Positions 23,899 to 38,649 of a DNA stretch of 64,000 nt are shown here, piece after piece (positions within the stretch are counted from its first letter, which is position 1; each line of letters opens with the position of its first letter). The notes beneath the pieces are model-generated. The model was not told where the DNA came from, ran no database searches, and saw only the letters and a program-made list of their open reading frames with translations. The translations under genes and the position numbers were made by a program. The stretch is taken from NCBI RefSeq assembly GCF_006345805.1, contig NC_043011.1, positions 61,330,464 to 61,394,463 on the forward strand, given 5' to 3'. The stretch comes from Octopus sinensis (lineage: Eukaryota).

Positions 23899-24265
23899 GG
23901 CACTCAGTCGGTTACGACGACGAGGGTTCCAGTTGATCCGATCAACGGAACAGCATGCTCGTGAAATATTAACGTGCAAGTGGCTGAGAACTCCACAGAC
24001 ATGTGTACCCTTAACGTTGTTCTCAGGGATATTCAGCGTGACCCAGACTGTGACAAGGCCGGTCCTTTGAAATACAGGAAGAAAGAGTAAGAGAAAGTTG
24101 TGGTGAAAGAGTACAGCAGAGTTCCGTACCACCCCCTACCAGAGCCTTGAGGAGCTTTAGGTGTTTTCGCTCAATAAACACTCACAACGGTCGGTCTGGT
24201 AATCGAAACCGCGATCCCACGACCACGAGTCCGCTGCTGTAACCAGTGGGCCATTGCGCCTCCAC
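23899..24265 (-). mobile_element. SINE type C
   Basis: Head GTGGAGGCGCAATGGCCC...GGTTTCGATTACC; homologous to 27679-28062 and 33633-34010. Confidence 0.8.
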
Positions 24266-24266
24266 A

Positions 24267-24305
<39 letters not shown>

Positions 24306-24488
24306 ACACACACACATATATATATATATGTATGTACGTACATATACATATATGCATATATATATATATATATGTACATACATACACAGGTATATAGCCA
24401 ATTGGAAAAGGATAGAGAAAAAGAAATAAACAAATATTTGAACGTGGTACAATCAATGTATTAATAAGTCATTCAGAGGAAGAAAAAC

Positions 24489-24544
<56 letters not shown>

Positions 24545-24780
24545 TTAGATAGGTAAGTAGGCAGATAGCTAGCTGTGTATGCGTTTGTTACCACTATGTA
24601 GATAGTTCTATATATATACGTACGCACACATATACTCATATAAAGAGAACAAGGAAGATGTTTCATACTGGTATGAGCTGTTATTAAAGGAATAATGTAC
24701 TCAATGCTACTGGAATAAATCACGTGGAATAAATTACTTCTGAAAGCGAAGTATTTGAATAAAGCCTGTGTACATATTAA

Positions 24781-24870
<90 letters not shown>

Positions 24871-25137
24871 ACTGTATGTCTGTCTGCCCGTGTGTCTGTT
24901 TCTTTGTCCGTCTCTTATCTGTCACTTTATCTATCTGCCTATTTGTCTATTTAGCTATCTATTTATTTGTTTATTTGTCTGTCTATCTTTTTATTTATTT
25001 GTCTGTCTTTCTGTCAGTTTGTCTGTCTGTCTGCCTTTGTATGTATGAAATTTTCTCACGGCGGTTTCGTTGTTTAAGTTAAAAATAATTTCAGAACGGT
25101 TAGTAGCGGTGGTGGTAGTAGTAGCAGCAGCAGTAGT

Positions 25138-25172
<35 letters not shown>

Positions 25173-26137
25173 TAGTAGTAGTAGTTGCGTAGTTGCTGGA
25201 CCAGGGCAATCGAGCAGTAACATGGCGAATGACATTAAATATATTTTAAACTGACTAAACCAGTGAATTAGTTTCCTCCTTGCGTCGAGTCCTGAAGAAT
25301 TGGTGGTTATGAGCGTTGAGTAATAACTGGTTGCTGAGGTCTAACAAGAGCCAAAACATCCCAGGAATTCTCACGATCACTACAAAAGATTAAAACTCAT
25401 TTTCCCTCCTTGGATCTCGCCATTTTGCCACTGCATCGTACTAGTGAGCGTGTGGTCTTCCCTTTCGTGACCATATTACTGTTGATATTGTCCGTTTGAT
25501 TTCAATTAATTTTGAAAATAATAAAAAATTTCGTTAAAAAAAACTGTCATTATTAATATGGTGTTCGGGGTATAAACTAACATGAAATTTCGCTGAAAGA
25601 TTTTAATTTCCATGACTTTAAAACTAGTAGTTTGCATCACAGGACCAGAGGCGATCGCATGCGGATTTATATGAAAAGGGGTCAGACGTATATTGTGTTT
25701 TTATTCTACCATGATGTCTGACTGGTTACTTATATGCTATGGTATCTTTCCACTCGAGGTCACAACAGGTTGAATTGCTAATGTCTCTGAATTGGTGCTG
25801 AAGTCTTATGAGAAGGACTTGTCAATGTCATAGTAGCGTCGGCACTGTTTAATGAATATATCGTATTATAAATTTACATGGCCTACGAAGAAAATAGATA
25901 ATTAAAAATAAACACAAAACAAATCCGATTAATCTCGGCAAATTAAATAGATCGATTATATTGAACAGATGAATTTATACATCAAATAATAACATTGATC
26001 GCCACGTCCGTTGCCATATCACACGATGTGATGTTAATAAACAACACAGCGTTGGATCAGTGAATTAGATTAAGCTAATAATTAAGTGTACGATGACTTG
26101 TTTGTCGCATCGAGATGCCTATGCATACATACATACA

Positions 26138-26190
<53 letters not shown>

Positions 26191-26230
26191 GGGAACACAC
26201 ACACACGGGAACACACGCACACGCATATAT

Positions 26231-26382
26231 GGCGTAGGCGTGCGACTATGGTAAGAAGCTTGCTTTCCAATCACATGGTTCTGGCTTCAGGCTCACCGAA
26301 TGGCATCTTGAGCAAGTTTCTCTTACTATAGCCTCGGGCCTACAAAACCCTTGTAAGGTGGATTTAATCGACGGAAACTGAA
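26231..26382 (+). mobile_element. SINE type A head, broken off at the Penelope-like element
   Basis: Degenerate head and core ending GACGGAAACTGAA, abutting the 3' end of the PLE ORF. Confidence 0.6.
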
Positions 26383-26384
26383 CA

Positions 26385-27633
26385 GAGGAGGGAAGTTGAG
26401 CCCATGCGGTGCAAAGGAGCAAAGAGATATTAATTCCTGTTCACTGTGAAGGATGCACTCCGGATGGCTCCTGTGCAAAGAAGTCCAAACACAGATAGAT
26501 GTTGTAGTGAATGACCGGTAGTGTAGAAATGGGCGAGACCGGGGTGTCATTGTTGAGTTTGATGTCTTGGGTGTGCCCCGCAAATCGGTCAGCCAAGCGG
26601 CGGCCCGTTTGACTGATGGACAAGGTAGGGCAGAAAGAGCAGGAGATGCAGTAAATGACGTTACTGGAAGTGCAAGTAAAGGAGTCAGTGATGTGATAGG
26701 AACGATGATGGGTGCCTGTGAGGATGGTCGTGTTGGAGAGGTTGGGGCAAGTATGGTAGTGTAGGCAGGAGCAGGGGAACGAGTCAGGCCGGGAGTTGGG
26801 GTTAGGGAAAACGCTGTGGACTAGGAGTGGTTGCGGTCTCGTTCGAAGGAGGGAAGGGGTAGGTTGGAGAAGATGTGCGAGGTGGCGGGGTCGGAGTTGA
26901 TGGAATGCTCGGCGACTGCTGCGTTGGGAAGGCAGAGTGGAGGGATGGCAGGTGAGGGGAAACGGGAGACGGGCAACGGTGGGCGAGTGCGGGGAGAAAG
27001 AGCAGGGGCACGGTCCACAGATCGTGCCCTGGTAAGGGCAGTGTGGATAGTTGTGAGGGGATATCCATGAAGGATGCAGTGGTCAGCCATGAGTTGAGAA
27101 TGAGTCTGAAAGTTATGGTTGTCACTGCTGCAGAGCCTACCCAGACGGAGTAATTGGGAATAGAGGGTGGAGCAGTTGGTGTGGGTAGGGGGGAAGGAGG
27201 AGAAGTTAAGGTAGGATGTGAGTCAGTGTGTTTGTGGTGGTTGGAGTTAGTCTATACTGACTGAAATGTCGAGAAATGCGACGGAAGAGTTAGAAATAGT
27301 GCAGAAGAATTCGAGTGCAGGATGGAAGGAGAGGACGAAAGAGAGGAAGGAGTGTAGTTGTTCGCGAGAGTGTGAGATCGCACCAAAACAGTCATCAATA
27401 TAACGACAGTATAGTTGGGGATTGGGACCAGTGAATCGAGAGAACATTTGGGCCTTGAAGTATCCAACGAACGGGTTCCCATCGTTGGGGACCATTCTCG
27501 TTCACGTGGCCACACCCGGAACCTTTTTGTAAAAAATCCCCCGCGAACGAGAAGTAGATGAGGGAGAGAAGAAGTTTGCCCAGACGAAGAAGTGTGGAGG
27601 TGTCAGGTTGGGGTTGGGTTGAAGGACCATAAA
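26385..27633 (-). pseudogene. Penelope-like element pol pseudogene (RT plus GIY-YIG endonuclease)
   Basis: LLRLGKLLLSL, NPFVGYF, LYCRYIDDCFG (YIDD at 27391-27402), VAFLDISV, GYPLTTIHTAL, SQTGRRLADRFAGH, EQELISL and PHGLN, with multiple frameshifts. Confidence 0.9.
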
Positions 27634-27678
27634 ATTGTATATATATATATATATACATATATTTATATATATATATAT

Positions 27679-28062
27679 GGAAGCACTCCGTCAGTTACGA
27701 CGACGAGGGTTCCGGTTGATCCGAATCAACGGAACAGCCTGCTCGTGAAATTAACGTGCAAGTGGCTGAGCACTCCACAGACACGTGTACCCTTAACGTA
27801 GTTCTCGGGGATATTCAGCGTGACACAGAGAGTGACAAGGCCGGCCCCTTTGAAATACAGGTACAACAGAAACAGGAAGTAAGAATGAGAGAAAGTTGTG
27901 GTGAAAGAGTACAGCAGGGATCACCACCAGCCCCTGCCGGAGCCTCGTGGAGCTTTAGGTGTTTTCGCTCAATAAACACTCACAACGCCCGGTCTGGAAT
28001 CGAAACCGCGATGCTATGACCGCGAGTCCACTGCCCTAACCACTGGGCCATTGCGCCTCCAC
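27679..28062 (-). mobile_element. SINE type C, full length
   Basis: tRNA-like head GTGGAGGCGCAATGGCCCAGTGGTTAGGGCAG...GGTTTCGATTCC plus the body shared with the other C copies. Confidence 0.85.
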
Positions 28063-28075
28063 AATATATATATAT

Positions 28076-28168
<93 letters not shown>

Positions 28169-28969
28169 TTATATATGTAGATATATATACACACACATAT
28201 ATATAATATATATGTATTTATATATACCTACATTTATATATATATATACATATATATATATATACATATATACGTATGTATACACGTGTGTATATATGTG
28301 TGAGTGTGAATGTGTATGAATGTGTGTCTAACGTGTGTCTGACTTGAGTTTCCTTTGAAAGAGTTTATATTATTTTCTATGCCATTATATTCAATATAAT
28401 TTGCAAAAATATATTCGAATTCCAGTGACAACCCGGTCAATTCGTGGCAAGCTTATGAAAGCAAGAATAAATGTGACGTTTATCTAATGAGATGAAAGCT
28501 ATTAATTACCTCAAGGCTATAGACAGGAGAAGTACGATAGAAGTCATCAACAACAAATAAATAACTCCAACGTTCACGTAAATTGAGACAGTTATGTGAA
28601 AGGAGGTTAAAGATATCAAAAGGCCAAGACCGAACGACCAAAACAATAACGTACAACTCTAATAAATTAGAATTCAACTGTGCTAATCACTCACACACAC
28701 AACAGACACGCGCGCGCGCGCCTTTGTGTTTGCATGTATGTATATACATATTTATATATACCATAAATTATGTGTATTTGATATATCTATACCTATTTAT
28801 GCATGTATGTATCTATCTGCTTATCTATATATGTATCTCTCTCTCTCTGTAATATATATATATATATATATATATATTTATTTATGTATATATTATATAT
28901 ATTATAATATATATATTTATGCATATATATATAATATATTATATATATGTCTGTGTGTATGTATATATA

Positions 28970-29061
<92 letters not shown>

Positions 29062-29062
<1 letters not shown>

Positions 29063-29560
29063 TAGCAGTATCGCCCGGCGTTGCTCGGGTTTGTAAGGGA
29101 AATAACTATATAAGCATTTTTAGAGAGTTATAGCCAAAAAATAGCAAAAAATGCATTAAAAATGGAAAAAATATGATGGTAAATTTTTTGAAAAATCGTT
29201 GACTCATCGTAGACATTTTTAGAGAGTTACTTCCCTTATATAATAGCGAAAAAATGCATTAAAATGGAAAAAAAACGATGGTAAATTTTTTTTTAAATCG
29301 TAGACTCATGTAGACGCTTTCTTAGCCATTTCTGTTTTGGTGTCTTCAAGCCATGAAGTCGTTGTTCTAAAAGAACGCTGGTCTCCTTGACAACGCATTA
29401 CGACGTTGATTTCCTTACACTCCCTTCCCCACAGGTGCAGGTGTTTGAGGTGTTTAAGCTACCCGAATTTGGTTAAACTGCACCGCAAAATGTGGGAGTA
29501 GTTAGGAATCTAAATCGAAGGGGACAGACACTCACACAACTACAGTTTTATATATATAGA
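29062..29560 (-). mobile_element. Non-autonomous Helitron
   Basis: Minus strand has 5' TCTATATATATAAAA and a 3' hairpin CCCGAGCAACGCCGGG followed by CTAG, inserted between A and T. Internal tandem duplication of about 95 bp. Confidence 0.85.
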
Positions 29561-29589
29561 TATACATAGCGCAGTAGTGGTGAGATGTG

Positions 29590-29850
29590 ACAGCAAAGAA
29601 AAGCATACATTCACTCTCTGCATGCAATTAGACTCGGAAAGTTCGTGCGGAACCCATTGACCCAATTTGCTGACTTTTCCGATAGCACACAGGTCTCAAT
29701 GAATGGTTGAATGACCAAATCCAAGCTTCTCTGCTAGTTCCTCAACAGTTACGATGAGATTTTGTTCCACCAGGGTTTTCAGGATGTCCTTGTCGAGTTC
29801 TACAGATCTTTCAGGATGAGGCTCGTCTTCTAGGCTGTTCCAATATAGCT
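29590..29850 (-). pseudogene. Mariner transposase fragment
   Basis: SLEDEPHPERSVELDKDILKTLVEQNLIVTVEELAEKLGFGHSTIH...KLGQWVPHEL; same family as 12950-13888. Confidence 0.8.
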
Positions 29851-30025
29851 TTGAAAAAAATAGCTGTTAAAATCGAAATGCACTCTTCAAAACTTGCACT
29901 ATGAATAAGGACAAGATAAAATTACCACCTGCTTTTATAGCAAGTTAATATAAGTAGTTTATCCCATTCCCCTCTGACTTTTAGTTCAAGCTGTTGAAAA
30001 AACCGCATTATTATATATATATACA

Positions 30026-30057
<32 letters not shown>

Positions 30058-30349
30058 CACACACACTCTCTCTCTCACACACATGCACACATTTATATTC
30101 TGTTATTCTTTTATATGTTTCAGCCTTGAGGTTGTGGTCATGCTGGATCATGTGTGTGTGTGTGTGTCTATCTGTCTGTCTGTCTGTATGTATATATGTA
30201 TATGTATGTGTGTGAACAATAATATTTTCAACAGATGTGTTGCAAACGTATCTGATTGTTCTCAAGCTTCAATACTGTGTGTATGTGTATGTGTGTGTGT
30301 GTGTATGTATGTATGTATATGTATGTATGTATATGTATGTATGTATGTA

Positions 30350-30380
<31 letters not shown>

Positions 30381-30864
30381 ATGTATGTATGTATGTATGT
30401 ATGTATATATGTATGAGTGTATGTTTACTTTATTACTAACACAAGCCACTACGGTTATTTAATGTAAAGTCTTCTCAAATCACTATCTCTGGCTATTTAC
30501 TCTCTTCCAAGAACATTTTCACTCACACTTATGTGTTAGCTTCCCATACATTTTACTCATGTATCTATCAGCGTGATAGAGAGAAACAAATATTACATCC
30601 AGTTTCACTTTATTCGTTGCCCACTGTGTGTGTGCGTTTGCGTGTGGTGTAAACCAGACTAAGAAAAGCATTTGACACACACACCAGAATGTGAGTTTTC
30701 TGTAAATTTTGCTTAATTGGAGTTTAAATTTTAAAAACTGGACTTGGCATGACGCGATGCATTGTACTCTTAAAAATGCAAGGTAAATTGTAATTGAAGA
30801 AATCCTATATTGTAGATTTGTATAACTCCCAAAGGGAGGCAGATAAAATCTGCCTTTTATAATA

Positions 30865-30902
<38 letters not shown>

Positions 30903-30912
30903 TCTCTCTCTT

Positions 30913-31171
30913 TTACTCTTTTACTTGTTTCAGTCATTTGACTGCGGTCATGCTAGAACACCGCCTTTAGTCGAGCAAATCAACCACAGGGATTATTCAA
31001 TGTAAGCTTAGTACTTATTCTATGGCCATCTTTTGCCGAACCGCTATGTTACGGGGACGTAAACAGACCAGCATCGGTTGTCAAGCGATGAGGAAGAGTG
31101 GGGACAAACACATACACACAAACACTCACATAGACTTACACACACACACACACAAACACACACAGACACAT

Positions 31172-31222
<51 letters not shown>

Positions 31223-31382
31223 TACGACGGACTTATTTCAGTTTCCGTCTACCAAATCCACTCACAAGGCTTTGGTCGGCCCGAGGCTATAGTAGAAGGC
31301 ACTTGCCCAAGGTTCCACGCAGTGGGACTTAACCTGGAACCATGTTGTTGGTAAGGAGGCTACTTACCACACAACCATAACT

Positions 31383-31388
<6 letters not shown>
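30913..31388 (-). mobile_element. SINE type A, full length
   Basis: Reverse complement of 8049-8448 with an expanded internal CA/TA microsatellite. Confidence 0.8.
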
Positions 31389-31432
<44 letters not shown>

Positions 31433-31437
<5 letters not shown>

Positions 31438-31641
31438 CAAAATAAGCCACAGGATATCAAGAAGTGATGCAGTACGACCGTTTCAAGTAGCTCCATTTAA
31501 TTGAACAATGCTATCATTACATCAATTTATATGCTGAGCAATCGTCAGCTGCACAAATAAATAGAATTTCAATCAATCGGATCGCTTGAAACAGTCGTAC
31601 TGCATGACTACTTGATATCCTTTTGGTTATTTCGATTTTAT
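31433..31641. mobile_element. MITE with imperfect TIRs of about 55 bp
   Basis: 31433-31487 and 31585-31641 are reverse complements with scattered mismatches; the left flank is (TA)n. Confidence 0.7.
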
Positions 31642-31844
31642 TCCCCTTACTTCTAGCTGTGACTTGGTGCTTCAACTTAAGTACCTAATTCAACTGCATC
31701 TCAAATATATATATTGAATGAATATGCAAAGGAGAGAGAGCGAGAGTGACAAGAAAATGGGTAACGCACACAAATATATATGTATACAGACAGACACACA
31801 GACACAAAAACACACACGCACACACACACATATATATAAAGAGT

Positions 31845-32127
31845 AAGGACTCCCTACAGTCATGAATGACCATGGGATTGCACTCAGAAAGAAATTCCCC
31901 CTCTGAGGCGCAAGTCAGAGCAAGATTATTTGTGGAAGACCGGAAACGTAAAGGCAGACACAGCTTAGAACCAGTGACGTCGCAACTCATTTCTACAGCA
32001 GAGTGAAATGGTACAACGCGAAATAAAGTGTCTTTCTCAAGAATACAACACACAATCCGGTCCTGGAATCGAGCTCACTACCTCCTGATTGTGAGCCTGC
32101 TGCACTAACCACTGAACGATGTACCTT
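31845..32127 (-). mobile_element. SINE type E (degenerate)
   Basis: Shares head and core with type D and tail with 61790-62098. Confidence 0.6.
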
Positions 32128-32844
32128 AAGCTTGCTATTGTACTTGCCAGTGAGTTGTCAATCTGGATACGATATTTAAACTACAAATCTCGTGAACTGT
32201 TTTAACTTCCTTGGCAGGTCTTACTCTTTATCTCTCTCTCTCTCTCTCAATCTCTCACTTTCTCTCATTCCTTCTCTCTATCTCGCCCTTTCCCTCTTTC
32301 TATATATATCTCTCCTGCTCGAATCTTCTTTCTTTCACATTCTATCTGTCTCCATTGGCTTTTGTTTGATGTTCATTCACACGTGCAGTGTGTATTAATA
32401 TACGTATTATGACTACCTGTTATATATACGTATGAATGGTTATTGTGTATGAGTAGCTATTATTACACAGCGTCTCGTCATGTGACTTTCTATGCACATA
32501 AATATACATAAAATTTTCTATGGTGAGAGGCTTTCATACTTCAAATTTTACAATCAATTTCTTATTATTTTTATAGATTTGACGGTGAACTTTTCCATAC
32601 ATAAAGCTGTTGTTACAAATATTCTTGAGTTTCCTTTTCGAGGCTTTGAGGAAGCTATAAGGGGATGCACAAGAACTGAGCTCAAAGTGCACTGCTTCTC
32701 GTTGCAGAAACAGCTGTAAGCTAATGAAGTTCATAAAAGAATTTTTATGTTTCATAGTAATTTATTGAATTTCATACTTATGTATGTATACCTATATATA
32801 TGTATTGGTTTGTTATAGTTTGCATAAAATCACTTTCAAGCTCA

Positions 32845-33210
32845 TGTGGTAAGTAGCTTGCTTACAATCTACATGGTTCCGGGTTCAGCCTCGCCGCGTG
32901 GCACCTTGGGCAAGTGTCATCTACTATAACCTCGGGCGACCAAAGCCTTGTGAGTGGATTTGGTAGACGGATACTGAAAGAAGCCTGTCGTATATACACG
33001 TGTGTGTCTGTGTGTGTGTTTGTTTGTCTCTGTTTGTCCCCAACACCATCGCTTGACAACCTGTGTTGGTGTGTTTACGTCCGCGTAACTTAGCTGTTCA
33101 GCAAAAGTGCCCGATAGAATAAGTACTAGGCTTACAACGAATAAGTCCCGGGGTCGATTTGTTAGACTAAAGGCGGTACCGCAGTCATATGACTGAAACA
33201 AATAAAAGAA
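32845..33210 (+). mobile_element. SINE type A
   Basis: Matches 8049-8448 across head, body and a shortened tail. Confidence 0.8.
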
Positions 33211-33214
33211 TATA

Positions 33215-33245
<31 letters not shown>

Positions 33246-33632
33246 ATTTTCGGGAGAGTTTATATCCTAATTCACAGAAATTGATATATTAAACATGTAT
33301 GTTTATCTAATGAAATAAATTCTATCAATTATCTTTCGATTATAGACAAAAGGTCTATTATATGTGAAAACGATAATCACATCGAGGGATTAAATCATGC
33401 GGTTGCTACAAGGCTGACGGAGTTGTATACGAGTGCGTTGAGAGTTCGAGGTCACCGGACAAATTTCCTATGTAAATGTAAACATAAATAGAAAAAGAAA
33501 ATCACATGCACAAATGCGCACACATACATAAACATACATGTATACACACACAAAGATATACCACGTACATGCAGGGACATACAAGCGTAATTTAAATGAA
33601 AACTAGCAAAAGGAAGTAAAAACCTCCTTTGG

Positions 33633-34010
33633 TGGCACTCCGTCGGTTACGACGACAAGCGTTCCAGGTGACCCGATCAACGGAACAGCCTGCTCGTGAA
33701 ATTAATGTGCAAGTGGCTGAACACTCCACAGACACGTGTACCCTTAATGTAGTTCTCGAGGAGATTCAGCGTGACACAGAGTGTAGCAAAGCTGGCCCTT
33801 TGAAATACAGGTACAACAGAAACATGAAGAAAGAGTGAGAGAAAGTTGTGGTGAAAGGGTACAGCAGGGTTCGCCGCCACCCTCTGCCGAGCCTCGTAGA
33901 GTTTTAGGTGTCTTCGTTCAATAAACACTCACAACGCCTCATCTAGAAATCGAAACCTAGATCCTACAATCGCGAGTCCACTCCCCAAACCACTGAGCCA
34001 CTGCGCCTCT
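33633..34010 (-). mobile_element. SINE type C
   Basis: Homologous to 27679-28062. Confidence 0.8.
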
Positions 34011-34491
34011 ACAAAAAAAAAACACGCCCGGCATCTCTTCTGTTATCAGGCCATCGAAAAAAATGCTATGAAAATGACCGTTAAACAAAGGGAAGTTACT
34101 GTGTGATTGACCATTATTAAGGCAAAAGAGCTATAAGAATGACCGCTAAGGGGAGGGAGTAAAAATGTTCATAGTAATCGCGTAAGCGCTCATGTTCATA
34201 CATACACATGCACGCCCACACAGCCACGTGCATGCGCCTATATGTATATATTCATCCACCCTCACTTGAAACACATACATGCACACCCACACATTCGCCA
34301 AAAAATATATACATACCCGCATACACGCTCGCAGACACACACACGCGCGCGACACCAAAAAGGTTCATCCACACGTCCATATACGCACATGCAGATATTT
34401 AGATGAATTCCTCTATTTACACAAAATCGAGGTCTCTTTCATTTTTTGTTGTCTTACTATTTCTATCAATATATATATATATAATATATAT

Positions 34492-34655
34492 AAATTAATA
34501 GTTATCGCCATACTTATATGGCAGTCTTATAAATATAAGACTAAAGCTGTCGCTGATTAGCTCCAAGAGGCCACCGCCTCAAGCTAGCTATTTGACACAC
34601 AATCTGCGTCCATTATATAAGACTGCCATATAAGTATGGCGATAACTATTAATTT
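34492..34655. repeat. Perfect 40-bp inverted repeat with 84-bp spacer
   Basis: 34492-34531 is the reverse complement of 34616-34655. Confidence 0.85.
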
Positions 34656-34724
34656 CCAGTAACGCTGCCGTAATCTCCTTTAGAGAGACTTAGTAATTTT
34701 AATATTTCTATTATATATATATAT

Positions 34725-34761
<37 letters not shown>

Positions 34762-35219
34762 ATACATACATGTTGCGACTATTAAATTTGAGTCATAACC
34801 TAATACCCGGCCCATACTCAAATGTGAAATGACCATGTAGTGAGATCAAACATGAAGCTACTTTATAAGCAGAACATGTCCTGTATATTATATTTTATCA
34901 CTGAGAAATGTGTGATACATGACATGTAGACTCAGTAAGTTTTGAACTTATGGAACTATTTATGATTTTAACGAACTCATTCTGCCGTTAGTAAACCTAC
35001 CACATTCGGAATTTTTTTTCTTTCTTGTTATAGAAATTTTACAACATAAAATATAGAAATTTTACAATATATACTATGATAGAAATTTGTAGAATATAAA
35101 AGATAAGAGTTAATGTAATAATTTCATATCTATGTGTGTTCATTGTGGATCTTCTAAGAATATGAATGTGCTTGAGTGCCTGCGTGTACGTGTGTCTGCC
35201 GATGCATTTTAAACACGCA

Positions 35220-35258
<39 letters not shown>

Positions 35259-35259
35259 T

Positions 35260-35320
<61 letters not shown>

Positions 35321-35463
35321 TGCTGATACAATTATCATCCATTACAAATGCTGCCACAGTCAGCTAAATTGTATGTATGTATGTATGCATATGCATATAT
35401 GTATATGTATATAATTATATATATATATATATCTGCATATATATGTATGTATACATATATCTG

Positions 35464-35526
<63 letters not shown>

Positions 35527-36317
35527 TGTATGTATATATGTATATACATGTGCATATATATATATATATATATATCTGCATATATATGTATGTATACATA
35601 TATCTGTATATATATATATATATTATATATATATATATATGCATGTATGTATATATGTATATACATGTGCATATATATATATACGCACATAATTATATAT
35701 ACATATATTTGTGTGTGTATACACATGCACACCCACACATACACACACCCACACATACACACACACCCACACACACTCCTTGCAAAGAATTTTTATCGGC
35801 GTAGTTACCGCACGATCTCAGTGCTACTTCTATACTTTCGCGATTTCGCCACCAGCAAATTAAAACAGATTTATCGTCGTGTTCAACATTCCGTTACTAT
35901 TCCTGTTTCTTCAGATCATGTGGGAACGTACTTTAATGCTCAGGCTTTCAAAGAAACGTTCCTAAGATGAATGTATTCGGCTGGATTGGTTAACGTCTCA
36001 TAATACCTGAAACGGCTTCTGTGATATCAATAACAATTCAATAATTTCAATTCTGGAATGTATTCCGGCATAAATAGTATCACCCATACATGTGTAGTCA
36101 ATGTGTTCGCCCAGACACGGCACGAACAGAATGTTATGTCATAAAATGCTTCAGAAGGACAAAATCTGGTGGTCTTCTGTGCTGTTGCCCATTAGTACTG
36201 AGAGAGCAGAGCAAGAACATGCCAAAAATCTATTTAACTGCTTCGGCAGTCGTGTCTATACGAGAGATTTTAGTTTCAGGAAAGACACATAAACTATGCA
36301 TGAATAAACACACGACG

Positions 36318-36348
<31 letters not shown>

Positions 36349-36913
36349 CACACACACACAAACACACAAACACACACACACACATCCACACTCATGTACA
36401 CACATACACATACTCACACATATGTATCCGTGTGTGTGTGTATATATATATTATATATCTTTCTATATAAGTGTGTTTGCATGCATCTATCTATATATAT
36501 GCATATAAACATTTTTCATATGTGCATATGTGTGTGTGTGTATGTATGTATCTGTGCACGCACGTATAACTAATCATATATATATATATATATATATATG
36601 CAAAAAAACACAAACATATCTACTGGCGTATGTGTATGTGCGTATGTGTATGTATGTATGTATGTATGTATGCATGTGTGTGTGTATGTATGTATTTACG
36701 TATGTATGTAAGCGTAAACAAAAAATCTTTCTTTTGTTATAATATTCTGCGTGAGTAAATAGTTCTAGTCTAACTTCCCCTCCCCAATCCTAACTGCCTA
36801 ATTCTGGCAAATACGCATATTCGCAGGTTACGCATCCATAGAAGTGTGTCTATACACAGGAAAATCTATACAGGACGCTTCCTCGTCACATAACGTGTTT
36901 ATTGCAGCAAATT

Positions 36914-36986
<73 letters not shown>

Positions 36987-37037
36987 GTGTATGTATATAT
37001 ATTTGTGTGTATGTATATATATATATATATTTGTGTG

Positions 37038-37080
<43 letters not shown>

Positions 37081-37087
37081 GTGTGTG

Positions 37088-37149
<62 letters not shown>

Positions 37150-38649
37150 TAAAATGCATATTAATAAAACCCATGTGTGATATACATGGAAAGAAGTGTG
37201 AGAAAAAAACTGATAAAATACTTTTTGGTACTAAAATTAAGAGCGGTTGAGAGTTTAGATTAAAAGATGCATAGAATTCAATGTATGTTTTTTTTTAAAT
37301 ATACAAATGGTATATAAGGTTTATGATACAATTCGAGAGAGTCTACTTTCTACGGCCGTTTCCTGGGTTCATGTCCTGGTAGAAAAAATAACAGAAATCT
37401 TACAAACCATGCTGACATTTTATCCTCATAAAATCACATTCGTGACAATTTTTGGTCGAAAGTATATATATATATATACCTTCTTTTCTTTCTCTCTTCC
37501 TATCTATGAGGTGTAAAGGGGCGTAGACTTGCGATTTGGGTGCTGCTTCGCAATAGCAAGCTTGTGATTTCGATTCCCAGATCGGGTGATATGATGTGTT
37601 GTTAAGGAACACACTTCCTTTCAAGTTGATCGAATTCTCTGACCTCTAAATGAGTAACCCTACGGTTGACCGGAGTCTCGCCCAGAAGAAACATTGTGAT
37701 CTCGGTTTCTTATGCATCATGGGAAGCGGGTCACCATTTCAATGGATCTAAGAACACCACTTGTTTTTACCTGCGAAACCTGGCAACGATCCAAGAACGC
37801 ATCCCTTCTTTCTTACTCTGGGTGTTCTTTTAGCAATTTTGTTTCGATCTCGCTGGATTATAGCTTTCGAATTCTTAGAAAACGAATCGAATTTATCTGC
37901 CTTAGATATAGGCGCAGTTTATCAAATTGAAAAATCGTTATGAATCATAAAACTTTCGCTTTTTAGCTGGATAGACTGGCATTTTGGACTGGGATGTATT
38001 CAGTCAGCAAATCTAAGGTAAAAATTCATATTGATTTCAAATAACTATATCATGTCGGTATAAATTGGAATTCTTCATTTAAAAAATAATTTACATAGAA
38101 AACAATAAAAATATTTATATTGCTGTATTGCCAAGTCTAGACCATTAATGAAGAGAAGAAAGGAAGTTTTATCTAATTGCCTATAAAAAGAGATTGCAGT
38201 GTCACGACTATTTTCTTTTGTTTAATACAATAGATAAAACACAAATCGAGAAAATAACAGAATTGCGATAGATCTAACAACACAAAAAAATTGGCTGCTC
38301 TGTAATTAAACAATTGGTGTTGTCATTGTTGCTGTTGTTGTTGTAAGTGGTGGAAATGGTGGAATAGAAGGTGGTTTAAAGGTTTGTCATAGTCGATTTA
38401 ATTTATATCTGACCATGATGTTATTTTGTAACTGAACTAGAAATAATTCCTATAAATAAATCATTTTTTTTTCTTGGATGGTTTTATATAAATAGTAACA
38501 AGTCACTTTAGCTGAATAACCTTTAGAAATTTTATTAGCCGCCATTAAACTGCGCAGTATTAACACAACCGTTATGGCGAATAATAGAGAACGATTTAAG
38601 TTGTATCAACTGAAAAGGCGATTTCACAAAGCAATTTCAGTTCTAGATA

